Shown here one piece after another: positions 49,549 to 60,748 of a DNA stretch of 64,000 nt. The notes beneath the pieces are model-generated. The model searched no databases and was not told the origin of the DNA. It was given only the letters and a program-made list of their open reading frames with translations. How positions within the stretch are numbered: position 1 is the stretch's first letter; every line of letters starts with the position of its first letter. The stretch spans positions 8,990,001 through 9,054,000 of the forward strand of contig NC_042998.1 in NCBI RefSeq assembly GCF_006345805.1. Reading direction: 5' to 3'. The translations under genes were made by a program, and so were the position numbers. This DNA comes from Octopus sinensis. Taxonomy: Eukaryota.

Positions 49549-51476
49549 CTAGCAGTATCGCCCGGCGTTGCTCGGGTTTGTAAGGGAAATAATTATATAA
49601 GCATTTTTAGATATGTAAAGTATAATAGTCATCTCAATATGGCTAACCACAAAGGGGGAGGGGTGTTACTGTAGCTTTTTACGTTCTGAGATTTAATAAT
49701 AAATTTTAGAGAGTTACTTCCCTTATATATGTCAAAAAGGATTAAAAATGGGAAAAATTGATGGTAAATTTTTTTTTAAATCGTAAACTCATCGTAGACG
49801 CGCGCTAATACCCAGACGGTCTCGATATGAAGCACGACTATAAGATACCCGGTTTTGGTTAAACTGCACCGCAAAATGTGGGAGTAGTTAGGAATCTAAA
49901 TCGTAGGAGACAGACACACAACCTCACTTTTATATATAAAGATTTCCTCTATTTACATAATATTGAGGTCTCTTTCTTTCTTTTGTTATCTTACTGTTTT
50001 TACCAATATACATATATATATAAATATATATATAGTTACAGAGATGTACTTGCATAGCAAGTGACTTGATCTGAGATCGTGTGCTGGAACGAAAACAGTT
50101 GCAGCGTTGAAGGTGTTTATAAGCCATTTAAGAAACACACAAAAACCGTTAGATTCACTGCAACATTTAAATTTAATTTGTCAAAATATTTTCGTCGCTT
50201 TGAGACCGCGACCTGTTAGCACGATGTTTTTGTCAGTGAACAGGTTGCGGTCTCAAAGGGAGGAAAATATTTTGGCAAATTAAATTTAAATGTTGAAGTG
50301 AATGTAACGGTTTTTGTGTGTTTCTTAAATGGCTTACAAACACCTTCCACGCTGCAATATATATACACATATATATATATATGTATGTATGTATGTATAT
50401 ATGTGTGTATATGTGTATGCATGTATGTGTGTGTGTGTGCGTGTCTGTGCTTGTGATTGTCCTCCACCACTGCTTGACAACGAATGTTGGTTTGTTTACA
50501 TCCCTGTCACCTAGTGGTTTGACAAAGAAAACAGATAGAATAAGTACAATGCTTACAAAAATAAAACTGGAGTTGATTCATTAAACTACAATTCTTCAAG
50601 GCATTGCCCCAGCATGGCCACAGACCAATGGCTGGAAAAAGCAGAAGAATAAAAGAATACATTCTCTGCTTTGGTCTTATGTTCAAGGCATGAGAAAGCT
50701 TGAGTTTACATGAGAAGGCCTAACAGACCTGGTAGAAACAGCAGCCAAATCTCCCACAAATCACACCTTACTGTCTTATGTATGTATATATATATGAGCC
50801 AATGAGGGGGACCTCTACATGGTAGCTAGACCTGGTAGAAATAGCAGCCAAATTTCCCCCAAATCACACCTTACTGTCTTATCTATGTATATATGTATGT
50901 ATGAGCCTATGAGGGAGACCCCTACATGGCAGCTAGACATGGTAGAAATAGCAGCCAAATCTCCCTCAAATCACACCTTACTGTCTTATGTATGTATATA
51001 TATATATATACAAGCCACTACGGTTATTTAATGTAAAGTCTTCCTGAAATCACTCTCGCTATTTACTCTCTTCCAAGAACATTTTCACTCACTCTTATCT
51101 GTTAGCTTCCCATACATTTTACTCATGTATCTATCAGCGTCATAGACAGAAACAAATATTACATCGCCATCGCATTCTATTTTCTACCTGTCAACACACA
51201 GTGAATTAGTTTCACTTTATTCGTTGCACACTGTGTGTGTGCGTTTGCGTGTGCTGTAAACCAGACTAAGAAAAGCATTTGACATACACACCAGAATGTG
51301 AGTTTTCTGTAAATTTTGCTTAATTGGAGTTTAAATTTTAAAAACTGGACCTGGCATGACCCGATGCATTGTACTCTTAAAAATCCTAGGTAAATTGTAA
51401 TTGAAGAAATCCTATATTGTAGATTTCTATAAGATACAAAGGGAGGCAGATAAAATCTGCTTTTTATAATAAGAGA
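49549..51476 (-). mobile_element. Composite Helitron unit U5, inverted
   Basis: Reverse complement of the U1-type unit; its 5' end abuts the 3' end of the RTE-BovB fragment at an A|TC junction. Confidence 0.82.
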
Positions 51477-51477
51477 T

Positions 51478-52095
51478 GTCCTGATACATTTCCTGCTGTG
51501 GCTGTGTAGTCCTATCCTGGACAAACACTCCCTCTGGCAGGTACCGCAAATATAGCGGAGACTGTTCCTGGCTGGTTGTAGTGCCATAGTCTCTTGTTTA
51601 CGTCTCTTCCTTTCTTTCCATTTCTCCTCTCTCTCTCTCTCTGTCACTCTTTTGTATTCCCTCTTTTACTGTACGTCGCCATTCTCCACGGTTGCCGGCA
51701 ACTGCCTCCCAACCGCTAATATTGATGTTGCAGGCCTTCATATCCCTTTTGCAAACATCCCTGTAACGTAAGATCGGTCTACCCACAGACCTAGTACCCC
51801 TAGCAAGCTCTCCGTAGAGTATGTCCTTGGGAATTCTGCCATCTTTCAAACGGCTAACATGCCCAAGCCATCTCATACATCTTTGTGTGAGGAGTGCAAA
51901 CATGCTTGGTATTCCTGCTTGCCTGAAGACATCTTTGTTGGGGATATGATTCTGCCATTTGATGCGGAGGATTTTTCGGAGGCAGCGCAGGTGAAAGATG
52001 TTTAGGCGACGCTCTTGGCGTGTGTATAGCGTCCAGGTCTCGCTTCCATACAGTAGAGTGCTGAGTACACATGCTGGTAGATCTTCATTTTCGTG
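51478..52095 (-). mobile_element. RTE-BovB-type LINE 3' fragment
   Basis: LLYGSETWT...RWLGHVSR...PKDILYGEL...GRP.LRYRD; terminal CGTCQRECLSRIGLHSH zinc finger. Confidence 0.9.
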
Positions 52096-52096
52096 G

Positions 52097-52128
<32 letters not shown>

Positions 52129-52411
52129 TATGTATATATATATATGTATATATATGTAAATATAATATATATGTATATATATGTATATATATATATATGT
52201 ATATATATATGTATATATATACATATGTAAATATATATATATATGTAAATATATATATATATGTGTAAATATATATATATATATGTAAATATATATATAC
52301 ATATGTAAATATATATATATATATATATATAATATATATTATATTATATATATGTGAATATATATATATATGTAAATATATATATATATGTAAATATATA
52401 TATATATATGT

Positions 52412-52445
<34 letters not shown>

Positions 52446-52622
52446 AAATATATATGTATATATGTATATATATATGTATGTATATATATATGTATATATA
52501 TTATATATGTATATATATATATATGTAAATATATATGTATATATATAGTAAATATATATGTATATATATATATGTATATATATATATATGTATATATATG
52601 TATATACATATATATATGTAAA

Positions 52623-52697
<75 letters not shown>

Positions 52698-52700
52698 ATA
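52096..52700. repeat. Long TA-rich microsatellite
   Basis: TA and TATG runs. Confidence 0.95.
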
Positions 52701-52889
52701 TACTAAGCAATAAAGGGTTTAGCAACGAATTGCCTTACCACATACCGAATTTAGAAATAGCAGTCAAAGAGTTATAGCTATTTCTTCTACTAAAAAGGGA
52801 GATCTCAGTAAAAACAGCAATTGGAAGGCAGACACAAACAGGTAAGAGAGAATGAATTGACGGCAATCTATCATACAATTTTAAGTTAT

Positions 52890-52986
52890 CTACGGACGTA
52901 CGTTTCGAAATCAAGCTTTTAGGAAAGTATAAGAATTAAATATTAAAAATTCTATCTCACCAAAACTTCTTTTCTCTTCAGCGTAG
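52890..52986 (-). ncRNA. Intact type I hammerhead ribozyme
   Basis: Reverse-complement copy of 53642-53739. Confidence 0.88.
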
Positions 52987-53641
52987 AATACTATAATCAT
53001 AAATGATTATATATTGAATTTTGAGATACTAGAAGGCACCAACTCAACTCAGTATCAGAGCGAGCTAGAATCCGCAACTAGTATCACCAAATTCAATGTG
53101 TGAATGAAAAGATTGTGTCACCAGCCCCTTCCCACCCGCGTGTAGCCAAAACAAGATGCTGTGGTCATCTACTGAGATAAAATATGGTTATCCGTAATAA
53201 TGAAGGGTGAAATTAATTAATTTGGAATAATTATCAATTACACCAAGTAGTCTTCGGCATGTAAAAGCCTCATTCGAGGAAAATTTAAGTAATACTAAGC
53301 AATAAAGGGTTTAGCAACGAATTGCCTTACCACATACCTAATTTAGAAATAGCAGTCAAAGAGTTATAGCTATTTCTTCTACTAAAAAGGGAGATCTCTA
53401 TTCCAAATTAATTAATTTCACCCTTCATTATTACGGATAACCATATTTTATCTCAGTAGATGACCACAGCATCTTGTTTTGGCTACACGCGGGTGGGAAG
53501 GGGCTGGTGACACAATCTTTTCATTCACACATTGAATTTGGTGATACTAGTTGCGGATTCTAGCTCGCTCTGATACTGAGTTGAGTTGGTGCCTTCTAGT
53601 ATCTCAAAATTCAATATATAATCATTTATGATTATAGTATT

Positions 53642-53739
53642 CTACGCTGAAGAGAAAAGAAGTTTTGGTGAGATAGAATTATTTAATATTTAATTCTTAT
53701 ACTTTCCTAAAAACTTGATTTCGAAACGTACGTCCGTAG
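53642..53739 (+). ncRNA. Intact type I hammerhead ribozyme
   Basis: Stem I ctacg/cgtag; CTGAAGA; stem II gaaa/tttc extended by aagtttt/aaaactt; GAAA; palindromic ACGTACGT; GUC with predicted cleavage after 53734. Confidence 0.88.
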
Positions 53740-54060
53740 ATAACTTAAAATTGTATGATAGATTGCCGTCAATTCATTCTCTCTTACCTGTTTGTGTCTG
53801 CCTTCCAATTGCTGTTTTTACTGAGATCTCCCTTTTTAGTAGAAGAAATAGCTATAACTCTTTGACTGCTATTTCTAAATTCGGTATGTGGTAAGGCAAT
53901 TCGTTGCTAAACCCTTTATTGCTTAGTATTACTTAAATTTTCCTCGAATGAGGCTTTTACATGCCGAAGACTACTTGGTGTAATTGATAATTATTCCAAA
54001 TTAATTAATTTCACCCTTCATTATTACGGATATATATATATATATATGTAAATATAACTA

Positions 54061-54710
54061 GCCAGCCAGGACACCAACCGACAAACCAGCCAACCAACCG
54101 ATTATGACCAACCGACATACCAGCCAACCAGATGACCCACCGACCAACCAGCCAACCAGGACACCAACCGACAAACCAGCCAACCAACCGTTTATGACCA
54201 ACCGACATACCAGCCAACCAGATGACCCACCGACAAACCAGCCAACCAGGACACCAACCGACAAACCAGCCAACCAACCGATTATGACCAACCGACATAC
54301 CAGCCAACCAGATGACCCACCGACCAACCAGCCAACCAGGACACCAACCGACAAACCAGCCAACCAGCTGATTATGACCAACCGACATACCAGCCAACCA
54401 GATGACCCACCGACCAACCAGCCAACCAGGAATCAACCGACAAACCAGCCAACCAGCTGATTATGACCAATCGACATACAGCCAGCTAGCTGACCCACCG
54501 ACCTGTCCACTAACCGACAAACCAGCCAACCAGCAACTCACTGACAAACCAACCAACCTTTAACCAACTGAAAAACCAGCCAACCAGAAGTCCATCCGAC
54601 AACCAGCCATGACCAACTGATCCACGACCAGCCGACAAACCTGCCAACAATGCGACCCACCGACCAACCGACAAACCAGCCAACCAACCGTCTAACCAGC
54701 CAACCAGCCA
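54061..54710. repeat. 90-bp tandem repeat (4 full copies, then decaying)
   Basis: acaccaaccgacaaaccagcc at 54071, 54161, 54251 and 54341; built of CCAAC/CCAGC subrepeats. Confidence 0.93.
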
Positions 54711-55074
54711 GAACTTTTGTTGGCTGTTATTTTTATATAAACGTCACTGAATAAAATATGGATTGGTCACGACTGGATGTCTTCGATCATTGACCTGTTC
54801 GATTAGGCTTTCGTGAGGGCTGGACATCAACAACAACAACAAAATATATTTAATACGACTGATTTTCTCTAGAATTAGGAACCAGGCGTTGTTTGCGTGA
54901 GGAAGGCAGGGGCATTTTGAAATAGCAGCAACAGGTCGGGAAGAAGAAGAGTTTCCACTTTGATTTTAATATACGTCAATGCATTCTAAGTAGAGAGTTT
55001 AATGTAACATTCTTTCTTTTAGTTTTTACTTCCGTCTCACAAAAAATTTGACTGTCGGTTAAATTCCGAATTCA

Positions 55075-55190
55075 TAAATATATAAAGTGATCAACGTCGA
55101 TACAGACAAAATCGCAGATGACAGCTTCAGATAAAATCGCAGACGACAGCTTCAGATAAAATCGCAGACGACAGCTTCAGATCAAAGAAG
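55075..55190 (+). promoter_or_regulatory. TATA-like box and 25-bp triple repeat upstream of the deacetylase gene
   Basis: TATATAAA at about 55079; (aaatcgcaga(t/c)gacagcttcagat)x3 lies between it and the ATG at 55231. Confidence 0.4.
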
Positions 55191-55230
55191 GCAAAAGCGT
55201 CACAGTCTAAATAGCAAACAACAGAAGAAA

Positions 55231-56216
55231 ATGACTCGCTATTTATTATTTTTACTACTGGTTTCCACTGTCAATGCGGGTTGCCAACAAGAGGAAAATT
55301 GTTTGTCTCCGAATTGCTACTGCAGCAGCAAATGGTTTCCAAAAATGAACGTTACAGATATACCCCAGATGGTATACTTCGGGTTCGACGATGCAGTTAA
55401 TTCCTTAATTAACGAATATTATGATGAAATATTCACCAATAACCGTAATAATCCCAATGGCTGCCCTATCACGATGTCTCTTTATGTATCTGATCTTTAT
55501 ACAGACTACAAATTGGTCAAAAAATACTATGATGCTGGTCATGAAATTGGTGTTCATGGTGTTAATGACAAGAGAATAGATACTGCTGCACATCTTTCAG
55601 AAGAGGCCAAACAACAAAGAGACAACTTAATTAAACATGCGGAAGTCAAGACAGACGATATAGTTGGATGGCGAAGTCCGTTTTTAACTTCAGCAGGTGA
55701 GGAACAACCTCGAATATTAAACAATCTGGGGTTTAAATATGATATAACGGTTACTTACGATGGAAGCCCTCCCAATGACATTATTTGGCCTTCTACATTA
55801 GACTACCCTTGGCCCTATACTTGTTTCTTAAACTGTCCGCGCAAAACAGTTAAAGGATTCTGGCTTGTTCCTGTCATTCCTTTGCAGGGTAAAAATAATA
55901 ACTATAAATGCACGTATGTTGACGGTGTTTACATCAACCCAACAATGAAACGGAAGCTTTTGATTACCTTTGGAATAATTTCAATGCCTATTATACGAGT
56001 TCTCGTGCCCCATTCGGCCTCAATATGCATGCGGCATGGTTTGCTTATTCGCCTTACAAAGTTTCTGCAGTGAACAAATTTTTAGAAAAAATTCTTGCTT
56101 TAAAAGATGTTTATGTAGTTAGTGTTAAACAGGTATTAGAATGGATGGAAAAGCCCACACCATTATCAAAACTCAAAGATTTCAAACCATGGTCTTGCGC
56201 CAATCCAAAATTCTAA
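55231..56216 (+). CDS. Secreted chitin/polysaccharide deacetylase-like protein (CE4, NodB fold); 1-nt frameshift at ~55925
   Basis: Signal peptide; C-x5-C-LSP-NC-YC; PQMVYFGFDDA; GHEIGVH; GWRSPFL. Adding one base at GAC GG TGT restores DGCLHQP...RAPFGLNMHAAWF...QVLEWM (328 aa). No introns. Confidence 0.9.
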
Positions 56217-56384
56217 AAAAAATACAAAAGAAAAGAAAACGAATTAAAGCACGTAGAAATGAACATTTCAAATTACATATTTTTTAAACTTTTTCTCGGA
56301 GAAAACTTAATGTTCTTAAAAACGCTTGTCTATAGCAGAAAGGGTTGTTGTTGGTGTTGGTGTTGGTGTTGGTGTTGGTGTTGG

Positions 56385-56429
<45 letters not shown>

Positions 56430-57281
56430 TATGTTTGACTTCTGTTACATATTTTTTTTTACTTTTTCTCGGAGAAAACTTAATATTCTTAAAAACGCTT
56501 GCGACGTCGTAAAATTCACCTGAAAACGATCACTCGGTTATTTCAGTTATATAGACTCTGTGCGTTGGAAACAACAAGTTCGAAACATTTATGTTTCAAA
56601 ATTAATTGAACCTGTATGCGGTTCACTTGACTTACTCACATATGAATATAGAAGACTATTTAAAGCAAATCTTGAAGAACTTTAAAGGATATGCGTTTTA
56701 TATGTATTTCTTTCCATTAATAATTTATAGAAAAAGATATCTTGAAAATTTGACGAAAATAAAGGAAGCAAAACCTGACTTGCAGTTTATTTGGCATTAT
56801 TTTTTTATGTCTAAAACATTTATAACCACAAAATACGAATGTAAATTAAGTATTGCCTACTTTATTCAATTGTAAATTAACGTAAATTAAAGAATTCTTT
56901 TTATAAAGTCAATATTGTGTTATCAGTCGCTACTAAATCTGCCATCATCATTTTATTTCAACAAAGCTTTCTTGTTCGTGAAATTTTTGTGAAATTTCAG
57001 TAAAAGGATACCACCACGAATATGGACAGCATAAGTTAAACTATTCTATTTCTAAATCGGTACTACTTAAGAAGAGTGGTCCCGGTGCGCGCACTCGCGT
57101 ACTCGCGCATCCGCGATAACAAGATGTGACTAGTCGATCCTTACTTTGTGCTTTTGTGTTTTATTTACTTTGTTTAAAAAAATTATATACTTTGTGTTTT
57201 TGTATTTCATTTAAATACTTCTAAAATGTAACTGCACGTAATTGTGGGCGATTGGTTTCCTCCTTCGTCTTGGACTTTCCT

Positions 57282-57316
57282 CTTTCCGAAGAAGCGCTTT
57301 GCCCGAAACCTAAAAC
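57282..57316 (+). ncRNA. Decayed minimal hammerhead-like motif (U4-to-C)
   Basis: cttt CCGAAGA a gcgc-ttt-gccc GAAAC cta aaac; the flanks resemble those of 12260-12294. Confidence 0.35.
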
Positions 57317-57409
57317 TACTACTCTTTCCCTTCTCTGAGGATACTTATTAATACATTGCTCGTGGTACGTCCACACGTCCGTTTTTCATATTTTTTTCTC
57401 TGTTTTCTT

Positions 57410-58029
57410 GATTGCCTATACACATACACACAAACGCACGCACATACATACATGCGTGTGTGTATGCATATGTGTATGCATGTACATGTATGTATGTATA
57501 TTTGTGTATATTTATGCGTATATTTGTGTATGTATGTATGTGTGTGTGTATGTATGTGCATGTATGTGTGTGTGCATGTATGTGTGTGTGCATGTATGTG
57601 TGTATGTGTGTATGTATATGTGTGTATGTATGTGTATATATATGTAAATATGTGTATATATGTGTATATATATATGTAAATATGTGTATGTATATATATA
57701 TGTATATATATGTAAATATATGTATGTATATATATATGTGTAAGTGTATACGTGTGTGTATGTATGTGTGTGTGTATATATGTGTGTGTGTGAGTATATA
57801 CGTGTGTGTAAAGTATATACGTGTATATACGTCTGTATATATACGTGTATATATATGTGCGTATATATACGTGTATATATATGTGTATATATGTATATGT
57901 GTGTGCATGTATATATATGTGTGCATGTATATATATATGTGTGTGTGTATATATATGTGTGTGTATATATATGTGTGTGTATATATATATGTGTGTGTAT
58001 ATATATGTGTGTGTGTGTGTGTATATATA

Positions 58030-58077
<48 letters not shown>

Positions 58078-58090
58078 TATATATATACAC
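57410..58090. repeat. TG/TA compound microsatellite
   Basis: Low-complexity runs. Confidence 0.95.
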
Positions 58091-58229
58091 TATCCTATCA
58101 GACTATGAATGACTAAATTGCAACAGGTATATATAGCCCATTCTCTGTATTAGAGTGCATTGTTATACGATTCTATTGCTTTTCCTTATTAGAATATTGC
58201 GTACGGTTCACTCTTTCTGAATATCCCCG

Positions 58230-58266
<37 letters not shown>

Positions 58267-58407
58267 CGGGGATATTCAGAAAGAGTGAACCGTACGCAAT
58301 ATTCTAATAAGGAAAAGCAATAGAATCGTATAACAATGCACTCTAATACAGAGAATGGGCTATATATATACCTGTTGCAATTTAGTCATTCATAGTCTGA
58401 TAGGATA
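58091..58407. repeat. Near-perfect ~140-bp inverted repeat with a (TA)n loop
   Basis: tatcctatcagac...atatccccgt (TA)n acggggatat...gtctgataggata; the only arm difference I see is one extra TA. Confidence 0.95.
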
Positions 58408-58474
58408 TTTCGGAATAAAATACCTTCTTCAGATATTCTTAGATGGAGTCGCTGCTAAATGCATGCACATACAA

Positions 58475-58505
<31 letters not shown>

Positions 58506-58905
58506 TACATGAATGCATACTTACATACATACATACACATACACACACACATACATACAAACATACATACACATTCACACATGCATACATACATACATGC
58601 ATACATACACACACGCGCACATACACACACACACACACATACATACATTCATGCATACAAACATACATATACACATACATACGTACACACATACACAGAT
58701 ACATACATATATATATATATATACGCCTAATAGTTCGCGTTACTTTCGTTACCAGTCGATTGAAAATAGCTTGTGCAAGGGAGACAACTTTTAATAGATT
58801 AAAAGAAAACCCATCGCTCCAGAGTTTGTGCAAAATACATTTGGGTAATTCAAGTTTCGGTCGGCGGTTCACAAATTTTTCTTCTTTCCGTACCCCTAGG
58901 AAATG

Positions 58906-60254
58906 CCGAGTCAGTCTCAATAGCTGTATTGCAAAACTGATGGAATCGTGTGTCAGAGAAACACTCTGGAACTTCTGGAGCTCTCACAGTCTCATCCGAC
59001 CCTCACAATATGGATTTGTCCCTAACTCCAGCTGCAGTGACCAGCTTGTCGAGTTCCTTGAGGACATTACTCAGATCACTGACAGTGGCTCATGGGTGGA
59101 TGTTGTCTACCTTGACTTTGCTAAGGCTTTCAACTCTGTGCCACACAAAAGGCTTATGGTGAAACTCTCTGCAATGGGTGTGGGGGATGACCTTTTTAAC
59201 TGGTTGAAATCCTTCATCCTCAGCCGAAAGGAGGTAGTCACAGTTCTAGGACAGCACTCTACACCATATGAGATGTCATCGGGTGTACCACAGGGATCTG
59301 TCCTTGGCCCCCTCTTGTTTGTGGCATACATTAACGACATAGATGCCAATTTAAAGAATGCCACAGTATTGAAATATGCAGACGACATCAAGCTGTACCT
59401 TGAAATCAAGAGGACAGATCCTGATGTCTACAACTCTTTCCTGCAATCAGACCTGGACACAATGCAGCAATGGATCACAGACTGGCAACTGAAACTGGCT
59501 GTGGACAAGTGTACCACCATGCATTTTGGGAGAAAAAACCCTGCGTTCACATACTCCCTCCACAACACTGATATCAAGAAATCCTCTTGCGAGCGTGACC
59601 TAGGCATCACTGTCAGCAGTGATCTGCGTTGGTCAAAGCATATCTCTAAGATTGTCAGGAAGGCCGAGGGTGTCTTGGCATCACTCAGCAGGTCTTTTGT
59701 TAGCCGCTCTCCAGCCATCTATTTAAAACTGTATACAGCTATGGTACGACCACACTTGGAATTCGCATCATCAGTTTGGAACCCCTATCTTGCACAGAAC
59801 ATTGACCTCCTGGAATCTGTCCAGAGACGTGCAACCAAACGCATACCCTCCATCAGACACCTACCATATTCTGAGCGCCTTGTTTCCCTGGGCATGGATT
59901 CACTGAAGCTCCGGCGTTTGGCGACGGACTTGGTAAACACCCACAAAGTTATCAACCACCTCACCAACAACAACACTGAACACCTTTTTGATCTCCATGT
60001 GTCTAACACACGTGGACATGCCTACAAAGTCAGAAAACAATACAGCTCCCATGACTTTCGGAAACATTTTTTCACGCTCAGAGTTGCTGAAGCATGGAAT
60101 AAACTGCCTGCGTCAGTTGTTGACTGCCATGACACTGCATCTTTTAAGGCCCTCATGCTTTCCGAAATCCGCCGAAACTTCACCTGATTATATATACACT
60201 TTAGATGAGTTGTAGTGCACCTGAGCACTGTACACAATTATTATTATTATTATT
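58906..60254 (+). mobile_element. 5'-truncated CR1/L2-type LINE (third family), RT intact to the stop
   Basis: VSLNSCIAKLMES, QYGF, LDFAKAFNSVPH, QGSVLGPLLF, YADD, RPHLEF, stop at 60187, (ATT)n tail. Confidence 0.92.
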
Positions 60255-60354
60255 CTACAGAATATAAAAGAACTCTCGAACGCAGAAAGGCTATGAAAAC
60301 AGCTTCGAAAATCGGATAAATACCCTTTAGAAGACGGGAAAAAAAGTGGCCAGT

Positions 60355-60431
60355 AAGCCTCCACGGGAATTCGAACTCTGCACTTCTCAAATTCTGGCTG
60401 AGCGCTCTATACCATTTAGCTAAGAGATCCC
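60355..60431 (-). pseudogene. tRNA-like pseudogene or SINE head
   Basis: A box TAGCTAAATGG, B box GTTCGAATT, anticodon stem ctcag/ttgag; poor T and acceptor stems; T7 run about 10 nt downstream. Confidence 0.5.
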
Positions 60432-60716
60432 TAAGAAAAGATGTATGTCTGTATTTTATGTATGTATGTATGTATGCATGCATGCATGCATGCATGTATC
60501 TATGTATGTATGTATGTGTGTATGTGTGTATGTATGTATGTATACATGTATGTATTATACATGCATGTATGTATGTATGTATGTATACATGCATGTATGT
60601 ATGTATGCATGTATGTATGCATGTATACATGTATGTGTGTATGTATGTATGTATGTATATATACATGCATGTATGTATGTATGTATTGTAAGAATGAATG
60701 AATGTATGTGTGTATA

Positions 60717-60748
<32 letters not shown>

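Larger units (their letters stand above)
52701..54030. mobile_element. Retrozyme/pLTR-like element: 592-nt HHR monomer, terminally redundant and inverted
   Basis: Left arm is one monomer (52701-53292) plus 106 nt; right arm is an inverted, circularly permuted monomer (53399-53991) plus 39 nt; (TA)n on both flanks. Confidence 0.8.

Noticed and set aside
58355-58905. N-terminal ~180 aa of the 610-aa ORF
   Set aside because: Built from the palindrome arm, CA microsatellite and a probable inverted segment; only 58906 onwards is RT.
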